Shown: one piece after another, positions 40,485 through 52,838 of the stretch | Layout of the letters: the number at the start of each line of letters is the position of its first letter | Position numbering within the stretch: position 1 is the stretch's first letter | DNA from: Paramecium tetraurelia | Lineage: Eukaryota | Length of the DNA stretch: 64,000 nt | Assembly (NCBI GenBank): GCA_000165425.1 | Contig: CT868652.1 | Span: 1 to 64,000, forward strand | Reading direction: 5' to 3' | Notes under the pieces: model-generated | What the model saw: only the letters and a program-made list of their open reading frames with translations | Databases searched by the model: none | Told to the model about the DNA's origin: nothing | Made by a program: the position numbers and the translations under genes

Positions 40485-41591
40485 ATGGAGACCGAAACAA
40501 GTCCAAAGATTTTGAGCTTTAGAATAAATAGCAACGTCAATACTTTGAATTCAGATCTAATACGTACAAACTAATCGCATCTTGATTAATCAATCTCTAA
40601 AATAAATGAGTATTTATATTATATTAATTCTAATAGATAAAATAAGAAGATACATTAATTGGGGGAAGGTGTATTCTCAGAGAACACTGATAGAAACAAT
40701 CAAGACTCAACCAACAATACAAGTTGTATAAGTAACTTGTCACCACTCAAACCTAAACAAGGTTAGAAGGAATTCGAAAACTAATTCACATTTGTCAGTC
40801 AAGAAGACTCATACAATCAATCAACTATCTAGAAGTAATCAAAGTAAGGCAAGAATTCTCGCTTATCTATTTCTAACAAAATAAACACCAGAAAACAGAG
40901 TTCATCTTCAATCAAAGAATAAATACAAGAGGAAAAATATTGTGGGATTTGTGGACAAGCTGATTAATTTTCTAACTTCATCAGACCTTGTCTATGTAGA
41001 TCCAAACAACACAACCATCAATAATGTGAATAGAAGGATTTCTGTGAAAAGTACATAGACAATTAATCCAATAAAATAACAAAACCATTATAATGTGAAA
41101 ATTGTCATTTCAACTTTGTTATAAAGTCTTACAAAGATATTAATTTCACTAAGGCATTTAAGGATCCACTTAAACATAGAAAGGTTCTGATGTATTTATC
41201 GATAAATTTGTCAATACTTATTCTGGTTACAACTTTGATCACTCTCTCCATCTTAAATAGAATGCAGTTTAGATATCATGTGGAATATATTGCAGGTGTG
41301 ATTATAGCCTGTCTGATACTAATTGGAATCAAGATTGTAGTTACTTGCAATTTGATTGAATACATTTCCAATGTAATAAAATAATCTAATTATTAGTTTA
41401 CATGGTACATTTTAGATAGAGAACAAGCAAAGGTCAATGATAATGGAGTTAGGATGAATCAATAAACATTAAATGTTGCTTTAGAACACCATTAACGAAA
41501 AAAATAACAACTTCTATAAATTATGGATCAAATGATATCAAAGAAAGTACATTCTGAACTTCCTATCTAAAACCCAGAACATATCAAATGA
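40485..41591 (+). CDS. RINGv-like zinc finger plus two TM helices (MARCH-like)
   Basis: CGICGQADQFSNFIRPCLC..HNHQQC...CENC, followed by two hydrophobic helices (41190-41360). Confidence 0.7.
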
Positions 41592-41660
41592 TTTACTTTT
41601 GATTTTATATTCAAAATCTATTTAATATAGTTAATAAAGTAATCATTTAAAATACAATCG

Positions 41661-42711
41661 TCATCTGTTACTTTTATTTTATTTATCAAGTATCAGATCT
41701 TTGTAATTTTTCATTATTGCCAGTATATCTGCTTCTAAGTATGTGTATGATTCTTTAATTGAAAGTATCTAGTCATTGTGGATGTTTTGAAGTCTATTCA
41801 TCGCTGCAATAGTTGATTCTAACTAAATGAAAGGTATTTTTTAATCATCCGACAATCGATTGATTTCCTATTAATGATTGCTATGATAGTTAGGATTCAT
41901 ACTTTATCTAAGCTGTAAGTTATGATAATTTAGTTAAGAATTCCTTGTGATAATCGCTATAATTATTTAAACTTTCTGTGTACTTATCCATCGATTTAGT
42001 ATTTTGAAGCAATCTCATTTCAGCATCTTTTAAAGCAGCTTACACTTGTTATTCTAATTTTTTAAATGAGATTTCTTCTTTCTATAATTATTTTTAGAAT
42101 TAATCTTAAAATTACGAGAGTTTCTTTTCGAAAAGGTTCAACTTGGAGAAAGTAGATTCTTCGGTGATTTTGTTCTTTCTTGATTTTAGATTTGAAGTGT
42201 TATTATTAGATTAATCTAGTTACTCATCACAATTATTGGTGCAAGTTGATCTTGATCGACTCGCCTTTTGAAATTTGACTCCAGTGTCTCTTACAGATTG
42301 ATCATCTATCATTTCTGAAATTTGGCTGTCTTGCCGTTTGTATTCTTGCCATGTGTAGTCATCTTTAAGGAATGGATTGCGATTTTATTGATGTTTGAGT
42401 TGATCAATTTGGAATGTGAATTTAGTGAGGTGGTCTTTGTTATCAATTCTAGTTTCAAGTTCTAAAAGCTTTTCTTCAATGTTTTTGAGAATTGAACGAA
42501 ACAATTGATTGCTAACAAATTATTCATTACCGGTAATATTGGCATCATAATATAAGGAGATACCTAATTAATTATATTATGAATGATGGGTATCTTCTCG
42601 ATCATATCTACTGGAATTTGTCGATGATTTAATTCTGTATCGATCATCCTCATTCTTTAAAACTAAGTCTAACAATGTTAATTATTTATTTTAGAATTTG
42701 TGTGATTGCAT
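41661..42711 (-). CDS. Hypothetical coiled-coil protein
   Basis: Open frame from MQSHKFQNKQLTLLDL to ...LILDKQNKSNR*; no domain recognised; at least one intron is implied by the span length. Confidence 0.6.
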
Positions 42712-42737
42712 GATAAATAAATTAATATTATAACAAT

Positions 42738-45700
42738 TCAGATATATTAATAAAAATTCATGATAGTTTTGTTTGTGATAACAAAATTGGGTTTTCTTTT
42801 CTGACAAATAATATGATCAATTTAACTATTTAATTAACTAATTTGAATCTAATTTTGATTCATAGCATCATTAGGTAAAACCACTTCAATGGAGCCATCT
42901 AAATCAATAAAATTAAATACTTTGAGTGACAACATAAACTTTGAGATTGTTATCTAATGATAAATACAACGGGAAATCGTTTAGATTGACTAGTAAGATG
43001 ATCTGCTTCTTATTGTAATTTCTTCCGTAAAGATATTGTAGAGTGTTGAGAATAGCAAAATAAACATTATCAAATCCTTGTGCAGGTATAATTTAAGTCT
43101 AAGCATCAACTGAAGAGTAAAGTGCCTAAGTGTCTTTTTGTGACTATTCAGTGTCTAAATTGCCATGTGGATTCGTTAAGAAATTCACCTAATCAAAGAG
43201 AGTAAACGCAAATGGATATTATCTGGTTGAATTGTAATCTATCTACAATGTTGAAACTACACCAGTATCCTGTTCTATTGCAAAAATTACTCTCTTTTCA
43301 CATTGTTCTACCAATTTACAGACATTTTGTAATTCTAATGCTTTGATGTATCTGATGATATATTCTTGATTCTTGTACAAATGCTCCAAAAAAAAGAGTT
43401 GACCACTCTCATCCAAAACGAATTTTCCTGGAATTGAGTCAAAGATTCCAAAAACGCAGGAAATTATTTTATCAGGTCCTCCTTTTCCTATATGATAGTA
43501 CTAATCATATATATCCAATCTGTCAACATGGATAGTCTTTATTTGACCGAATTCCTATATAAATACTATCTATTTGATTTAAGCATCATAGAAAAACTCA
43601 ACTATTTCCTTTTCCCATTGATACTCAACGAGCAATTCAGCCGTGTCCATTCTCCATAATTTAACTATACCTTGATTAAAGGTTGTGACTAAAATGTTAT
43701 CTTCAACCAATTTGCATAGCTTAATCTCAATTTCACTTTAATCACAATTTGAAGCATTCAGAAGAAAGTATTATTTTGTTGTAAAAGATATCAGATAAAT
43801 ATTGCCATTAGCCAATCCGAAGATTCCTTGAGTGTGAAAGGGGTCCAACACATACGATGAAACCATGGCCGGTAATTGGATTCTCTAAAAGGCAAACCCA
43901 GAATCTAAGAATTATTACAAACTTTAAACAGATTTAATATCCATTATAAAAAAAGAATGCTCTGTACTACCTAATATAATCTTACCTGCTGCTTAATTCA
44001 CTTTAAGATAAGTGATTTCAGCATTGGTAATTTGTTTTCTATAGATAGATTTAAATTCTCCATATTTCATAATTACAATTTCCCCTGACTTTAATCCCAA
44101 GATAAGCAATTAAGTAATTTAATTTTTATTTGATTGTTACTATTACTATTATTATTTCATTGATTCTTGAGTTGGTTCTTATTATAATTAAGGAAATGAC
44201 ATTTAATTCTTAGAACCTTCTTCCAAAAGAATCTCTTCAGTTTTTACAGTCTATGATTATTAACTATTATCAAAAGATACTCTCTCAGATAGATTTAATG
44301 ATTACGATGTTTATTTGTTTCTATGACCCTCGTAAACTATATAATCAAAAGCAGTTATCTCTTCAAGTTCATTAGTATTGACATTCTTAGGAATGAAAAC
44401 ATCGAAGTATTCCAATTTATGATCCTTTGTGAAAGCCCATAAGTATATTTGATCTCTACCAACTGTTGCAAATTCGATTATTCTTTCTTTAGAAAATGAA
44501 TACTTTGATAGTTTGATATCATTAATTCTATCCAAAGTATATGAAGAAGTGATTAATTTTTTGGTTGAGAAATCCCAAATTACAACAGTGCACTCTTTTC
44601 CATTACCTACAGAAATGAGGTACTTTTCATCTTCAGTCAGCAGAATTTGATGAACTCCTTGAGTGTGGAAATTCATTTAAGCAATTTATTTGAATCCCAA
44701 TTGACTAGCGTTATTTTAGATTTCATATACATATATTGGAGCAGCATCCTATACTTTTTGTGCAAGACCAACAATTAAGTGTTTCTCAGTTTTATCAAGA
44801 TAGATGACACTCACTGTAGCATTAAAACTCAAAATTTATTGTTATCTATCTTATTATAATTTTTCAAAGATTATGTAATTTTGGGATGTATAAGCATACC
44901 AACCATAGGATTAACACCATATGATATTATCATGTGTTTTTGTATTATAGCCAACCATGTACTTGCAAGATAAAGTAGGTTGTTATGATTGCCCTTTATT
45001 TTGTGGTAAAATGTATTGTCTGAAAGGCAATTAGGTGGATTAATGTTATCTATTTTATTGTTTTTTAATTTGACTTCTTGATCTTCTTTTATTTAAAATT
45101 TATCTTTCAAATTCAAAAGTGATAGGCTTAAATTCTTATTACAATCTGGATGGTTTGAAGTGATCAGGCTTAAATGGTGTGTTGACATTTTTGTTGGCCA
45201 ATCCTTATTCTACCTCTTATTCCTCCTTCTATGGTATTTGTCTAACTAAACTAAACATTTCCACTAATTAACTTTATTAAAATGTATGCAAATGAGCATC
45301 TTTATTTGGTTAAACATTCTCATTGTTTTCTTAGAGATCATAATAATCATCTAACTTTTCATTTTATTCATCTTGTTACTCTTATTAATCAAATTAATCC
45401 GGTTGCATATCAATTTTAGTACATTATTATACTAATTACTCCTATTCCATTCTAATCAATCTTTCATTCTTACCTGTATATCCAAGGAACTTCCAAACAA
45501 ATATTCCTTCTTTTCCTCCTGCTGTTATGATGGTACTGCCATTATCAGCACAATCGATAGAATTTATTTATGAGGAATGACCAATGAAGACCTAACAAGA
45601 TCCTGGTCCCTTAATTTAAAATTCATAATCCCAAACCTTCAAATACTATTCAGCACCTACAGAGAATAGATATTTCATATTTGGAGAGACAACAAAGTCA

Positions 45701-48272
45701 TTTAATGATTACTTATGCATGAATGTCTATTCTCTCAAATAGTACGCTGTGATAGTGTCATTAACTCTTTCAATTCCATATATAATAATTCTACCATCTG
45801 TAGTTCCACACAGTAATTCTACATTATTCTCTGCCCACTTCAATATTTTCAAATTGAACCTTGTCTAAATCTTCAAAATTTGTTATAATGATAAAGTATC
45901 CCACAATTCAATATTGGTAGAATTCTCAATTATTGATAAAATAGCAGAATCCTTTGAAAATTGTCCACATACATTTTGAGATTATATTGAATGTTGAATG
46001 GTCTTGATAGGCTGATAATCTCTACTCACATCATAGATTTTGTAGATTGATTTAGCATCTCCAATCACTAATTACTAGCCATTAGGACTATATTGAATGC
46101 TTTTGATCTCTAAATCATGATACTTTCCTTCAAAAAGTATTGATGTCTGCTCAATATCAAATATTCTATGTGTTCCAGACTTGAATCCAGCTGCAAAATA
46201 CATTCCAATTGGAGATGATGACAAACAAACACACTTATCATCTTATGGGAATGTGAATTCATATACTTAATCAGATTTCTCAATGTCCCACAACCTAATT
46301 GTGCAATCCTCTGATAAAGTAATTAATAACTTTGAGTATGGATGCACCTAAATCTAATTGATCACATTTGTGTGTGATCTTATAACAGTCTTATAATGAT
46401 GACTGCTGATATCTAAAATACCCAATCCTCCTGTTGAAGTTCCACATGCCACTTGTAGACCATCAATTGAAATGTCCAATGAAGTAATTATGCCTTCATG
46501 TTTAGCTTCAATGTAAAACTCATTGAAATCTAAGGGCCAAACTCTAAGGTACTAATCTAAACTACCAGTAATACAGAATCCAGCAGATAAACATACTGCT
46601 GTGACTGCATCGTTATGTACTTTATACACTTACATTAATTTCTGAGATTGATAAGCAACTTAAAATAGATATCCATTCTTGGATCCAAAATAAATATTAC
46701 TAACATTCTGATCTTCATAATTGAATTCAAAATCAAAGTTAGTAAATGTAGTATTTCTCGCATGATGATTTAACACAACACTTGCTCCAGGGAGATGTTC
46801 GTCTTTGATTCTCCAAAATCTAATATTCTCATGTCCACAAGACAGTATTTTATTATTATCAACAGGCGAAAATTTGATTGCCAATATATTACATGAACTC
46901 GTTTATTTCGCAAATAAAATAGGTTTTCTATTACTCTCTATTTTCTCTAAACCCCAAACTATTATAATTTCTCTATTATGCTCATCTTGCCCAACAGTTA
47001 CTAACATTTTTCGATCTTAACTAAAAGATAAATAATTCAATTATGAATATGGAGTAGCAAATGCACTCAAACAATCGCAATTATTCTTCCATATTCTAAT
47101 GATTGCATTCTTTTCACTCTGTCCACTCACTAACCATTCTCCATCTTTGCTGACATCCAAACATGAAATTGCTTTAGAATGCCCCATAAAAAACTTCTAC
47201 TTGCCATCTTAGATATTGCTTTAAATCAACAACTATCCAGCTGCATATGTAATCTATTTTTGTGTATCAGTTTGTCTACCCCATTTAATATCAGGACACG
47301 AATTGACAGTAAATCCTATTATTCTCTCTAATTATTGAATTGGATATGGCTAAAGTGGATGATCTTGTGCATCTACAGACTTACTCTAAGCTATATTCTA
47401 ATCTCCTGGTCTCCTTTTCACCAACTCTTCAATTTATTAAGTATTGTGTTGAATTTGACCTTACTTGAAAGACTTTTGAGTTTCCTATTTGTACTTCTCC
47501 TTATTTTCCTGTATTTTCTAGAGGTTATCCAGAATATCAGTAGTCACTTCTACTAAGGGTTATTTGAAGACGTGAGGTTGGACATCTAAAGCAGGCCAAT
47601 AAGCAATTTGATATTCCTCTGTCCATTTTTATCCTTTGGCCAATTTAAAGAGCATCTATTTGGGCATAGTATCCCAATCATAGAGATTATCACTTGTGTA
47701 TATGCCTCTGATGTTCATGGAACTGCAAATTTGAAATGACTTTAATGAGTGAATTCCTTTAAAGGACTTATACAAACTGCTCGGTAGCAATCCAAAACTA
47801 CCCAAGAAGTATTCAACATCCAAAATTAGGATGGTCCATTTGTTGGGGGCATTTTTAGGGTATGGAATCAATAGTTGTGATTGTTGAACCTATCGGTTAG
47901 ATTGATGAAAAGTACTTTGTGAACATCATACATGTTAGAGACTGTTAGTTTGATCAAAGGATCTCTGTCTTTAATTTGCAAATCAAAATGAATAGTAAAA
48001 TATCTACCCTTGATTGGGATGAATTCAATGTAAATATATCGACCAGTTAATCCGAGTTGTTTGATTCCTTAACAAGGATCTGGAATCTATACCATATTGT
48101 TTGCTGATATTGCTCCTAACAATCTAATTATCTTTCTGCCAATTGAATTATCCTAATAATCTATTCAGAAAGTTACTTAAACCACTGAAACCTATCCCTT
48201 AGATTAAGTGTGTGCTATCTCAAATACACCGAACTGCTTGAAGACATCAACGAATGGGTGTTACCAATTCAT
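42738..48272 (-). CDS. WDR90: WDR90/POC16 basal-body protein (CFA20/DUF667 domain plus WD40 repeats)
   Basis: MNWQHPFVDVFKQF..GAISANNMVQIP..LGLTGRYIYIEF matches the WDR90 N-terminus; many WD40 repeats follow (ILSCGHENIRFWRIK, LRVWPLDF, FIGHSSQI). Confidence 0.92.
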
Positions 48273-48442
48273 TTATTCAAATTCAAATATTATTTATTTA
48301 TTTTCAATTTTATTCACTCATTTTATATAAATATTTTATTACATACATTACATACTCTCTACAATTATCAATTTAATATTTGTAATAAAATCCAAATAAA
48401 TCATTACATATTTCAAAGACAATCCGCATATTTAGTATTTCT

Positions 48443-49869
48443 ATGGAAAAACCCACCATCGAAGAAATGTTCAAAATCATATTTGAAGTCAACAAAGATC
48501 AGCGTTTCATTTTCTGCTATGTCTGTCAAATAAGATTCCCTATTGTTGAACCAGAACAAGCAACCCTCTATATCCATCACTTCTCCAAAGACCATGTTTA
48601 CAACCTTTCAACCATAGCCACCAGAGAAATCATGAAAACCAGGGATAACATAAAAACCAGAGAAATCATAAAAACAAAAGAAACTACCAAAAAGTATAAT
48701 CCAGTCTCATAAGCAATCCCCTTATTCGATCTAGAAAAAGCACTCAACATCCAATAATAACAATCAAAGAATGGTAATCCTATTTATCCCTATCCTCAGC
48801 TCTTCATCAGTACCTCAAAGACTGCATTACCAAATTGCACAACCTCTATGATCAATTGGAACTGAATAATTTGGAAGCATACATTAGCACTCTTCGAAGA
48901 TTGTACTTGCATTTGCTCAATCACAATACATCCATCCTGACTCCTGAACTTTGCTTCTCCTTTGTGGACATCTACAAAACGGACAAGGATCTCCAATTGA
49001 TTAGGAAAATCGTCAGGGCATTCAATTTTCCTTTGACCAATGAACAGAACAAAATTCTAAACCCTCACAAATAAAGCAATCCAAATGTATCTCAGGATTT
49101 GTACATTGAATTTTACCAAACCTTTATTAATGATCTAACAGACCTCGGATTATCTAAGGAGTCCTTGGTTTATCATCTTGCCAAAATGGGAACACCAATT
49201 AACAAGATCATCGATTTGAAACTCTACGAAATCAAGAATAAAATTAATGATTTCATTAATAAAGGCATTAATGAAGAGCAAAACATCTTCTTTTTAAACA
49301 TCATTGAGAAATTAGAACGCTACGAAAATCTTAATAGTCACTCCTATGTCTTTACTAAGTGGAACACAGAATGTTAAATGAGAAAATGCGTTAGATAAAT
49401 CAGGAATCGTCTCAGAGACCAAACAACTGATGAAAAATATAAATTATTCTTGGCCGCTGCTTCTCTCTAGTAAGTATAGCAATGGCATAAAATTCTAATT
49501 CAAAATGAGAAGAACAGTACTAAGGATATGATATCCATACTAGAAACAATTAATGAAAATAAGAATAAATCGAAGAAAAGGAAATTGAATGTTAAATAAT
49601 ACAGTATTCCTTCTAACCTCAATTTCAGTGATTTTGAAGGAAAAGGCCAAGAGGAAGCAGACAACAGTGAATTCGACATTAGTATTATTGATTCAACATC
49701 AGAACGTAATGTTGATGAAGGATTAAATCTTAAATAATTCAATGAAACAACTAAGCAAAATTCAACAGAAAAGAAGAATTTGAGTGAAACAAAACATGCA
49801 GATTCTATGAAAGAGAAATTAGATAATTATAAAAATAAAGCCTTACTTAAGAAGTCTTCAAAAAGATGA
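48443..49869 (+). CDS. Hypothetical protein with N-terminal C2H2 (U1/matrin-like) zinc finger
   Basis: FCYVCQIRFPIVEPEQATLYIHHFSKDH; one 26-nt intron (GTAATC..CTCAG); acidic/basic tail ending KSSKR*. Confidence 0.75.
48620..48691 (+). repeat. 18-nt (6-aa) tandem repeat, about 4 copies
   Basis: TREIMK-TRDNIK-TREIIK-TKETTK. Confidence 0.7.
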
Positions 49870-50079
49870 AAATTATATTACATTTAACAATTACAATATG
49901 ATTCCTGTGTGTGTTTCTTTTTGTCATCAAAATGAATTATTCTCTTTTCTTGAATGTTTATTTTACGATTATGAATAAAACCAATCGCTGCTTAAATTGA
50001 AAATTAAAATATATTGAAATTTTATAAATAACAAATATTATAAAAAAATCGAAAGGGTGTTGGATGCTAATAATAAAAG

Positions 50080-50410
50080 ATGGTCATCTGTAATAACACT
50101 GAGGTTTAGTTGATAGTGTCTCAATAACCCTAAAATAATTAATTTACTAGATAGCCTCACTTGGTTTATTGTACTAGTTGTAACAATCAAATTTAAAAGA
50201 TGTTAAATTTAAGATCGGCAAGGTCAATTATTTATGGCCTTAATAATATTGCCTAAACTGTTATGGTAATTGTTTTAATAACTCTTTGTGTTAGTGTTAG
50301 TTTTAGTTCTTATGTCATTTTGTTATTGATGGATGACTACTGAGATGAGGTTCATTTATGTCCAGTTTGCTAGGCCGAAGTAGTGAGGAAAATTTCATCT
50401 TTGAATGATT
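50080..50410 (+). pseudogene. LITAF-domain gene interrupted by an in-frame TGA
   Basis: QPHLVYCTSCNNQI...TVMVIVLITLCV...LLMDDY*DEVHLCPVCQAEV; the TGA at 50341-50343 lies between the two Zn knuckles. Confidence 0.65.
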
Positions 50411-50537
50411 TAAGCAACAATGAAATAAACTTAATATATATTTAATTATTTAATCAAAAACTACGATATGATAGGGAATCTTATGAGTTAGGAAAGCTTT
50501 CAAAATCAAATAATATAATAATAAATTTAATTATAGA

Positions 50538-51550
50538 ATGTCTATCGAAGCTTTGATGGAGCAGATTCCAGAATTAAAGTATCATTTTATATATTATATA
50601 GATGGATCATTTTTTAAAAGTATAATCCTAGTTTATTAAATGTTTCAATAATCTTATACGTCATTAAAATAATAAGAAAAAATCTGGTATAATAGTGCTG
50701 CCTTATTAGGGAGCTCAATTTTATGTACAATACTAAATTAATTTATCAAGGTCCACTTTAAGGATGAAATAAATCTAAAAAAAGCTAAAGTCTTTGAATC
50801 TACCGATAGTAACTTTGGATAGTTCTCTTTATTAAAGCCTTAACTGCCATTCATACCTTGTAATTACTATAATGATATTTAGTTTCACCATTCCAAACTA
50901 TACCTCCTCATTACTCTTAAGAATTATTATTCTAAAGGATGAATCCCATGATGTAGAGTCAAGACAGGTTTCCTGCTCAGCCCAAACAAACTAAACAATA
51001 AGCCAAACACTTCAAGTTGAAAGAGAAATTTCTGGTTTTTTCAGGTAAGGCTGAAGAATCACAATCATATCACTCAGAAGATTAAGATTATGATGAGAAG
51101 GTGTCAGATCATTCTTTCTCAATTAGAAAATCAAAGAAGATCAACAAAGTCAATGACACTAAAAACATCACCAAAAACTTTTCGAAGGCTATCATAAGTT
51201 ACATCACTCAAAACAAAGACATAGGATTAAGGTTGTTGGACGCTAGAGAGTTTGAAGATTTTATGACAATACTGAAAGAGAAGAAAAATAAGATGACAAA
51301 TATCCAATAATTAAGGGAATTGTGGGTTGATTGTGATGATGAAAAACTAAAGTAATTCAATCATACCTTTAGAATATTTAGGTATAGTAATATAGTTAAA
51401 TATAATAGTCAATATTTCTTAAGGTAATAATCAGTTGCATACATCTACAATTCTCGAATCATGAATACAGGATGGCACTTAAAATATAGATATAATTTGC
51501 TAAGAGCATTAAGAGAACCCTAAAATTTCAAATACATTAAAGATATTTGA
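50538..51550 (+). CDS. Hypothetical ciliate protein with a basic helical C-terminal region
   Basis: Multi-intron gene ending NITKNFSKAIISYI..LRELW..YIYNSRIMNTGWHLKYRYNLLRALREPQNFKYIKDI*. Confidence 0.7.
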
Positions 51551-52838
51551 AATATGATGTATATCTATAAATCACAGATCATATTCTTTTGAATTTTGCA
51601 TGGTGTGTCTACACTAGATTTATTATATAAGCATCCATCGATTTCATTGTTGTAATCAATTCTAAATATATTATTTTAAACATCCTCTTGATTCCCTCCA
51701 TTCCACTAATTGGTTTACTGTTATTAGTAGGACTGGACTATAAAAAATATAAAATTAACACCTAAAAAGCCAAACATTTATGAAAATTTATCTCCTATTT
51801 CAATATCAGTATATTATTCCAATGAGCAATATGCTACTACTTATGTTGATGTATTCATGAGGCTGTTAATCTCACTCACAAAGGATAAACCATTAATCAC
51901 AATATTAATTTAGTATAGCAAAATGAATTATCAATTAGAAATCGATTTAATGACCTAACATATTGGTTTTCGGGGACATTTCTATATTTCTTTGATTTTA
52001 GTAGCTCTAATACTATCTAGAAATATTCCTGTGTTTTATATATACTTTGCATTTGTTCCCAATGTATAGTATTGATATGCATATGAATCCAGTTTTATAG
52101 AAGCCAATTATTCTTATTTCATATAAGCAATAAATGATTAATCTTTAAGAATATACTTATTAATATTTAATAATAGATTGAATTTTATATGAAATTTCAA
52201 AAATTTATGTCAATTTGAGATATCAACCTATTATTTAGAAATTGCAAAGACGGGTAATCATTAAGATCTAATTTATTTTCAATAAAATTGTATATCTAAA
52301 TAGCTGCTTACATCTTATTATTATATTTTTGGGTTTATTGAAGTTTATTTATCATTCCAAGGAATTTTAAATTAATAGGAAAAGTTTAATATCTATACTA
52401 CATGTTATGATTATTATTTTTTAACAAGTATGTAATTCAGGTAGATACTCTGTTTATACAAAATATTTTTACAATAAGATAATACTACACAGATTTTCCT
52501 TAAACTAAGCAACGAGATTATGAGAGTTTTAATTTGCTCGACCGAACTCTAATAATTAAGGATGAGTGGTTTTATATAAATGAACTATATGTTTTCCATA
52601 TTATTTTTTAATTGTACTAGATGCTTATTTAAATACGTTGTTTTTAATTCTCGAATGGTTTGTGATTGTATAACTGTAAATCAAGTGTTGTTTTATTGAG
52701 TGATGGCAAGGATCAAAAGAGAGTAAGACGGTTTTTTTCACAACCATTTATTTTGAAATGAAAATCTTTAAAATTTGCAAGGTTATGTTAAAAGTTAATA
52801 ATAATTTCAGCAATCATTAATTTATAAACGAAAATTAA

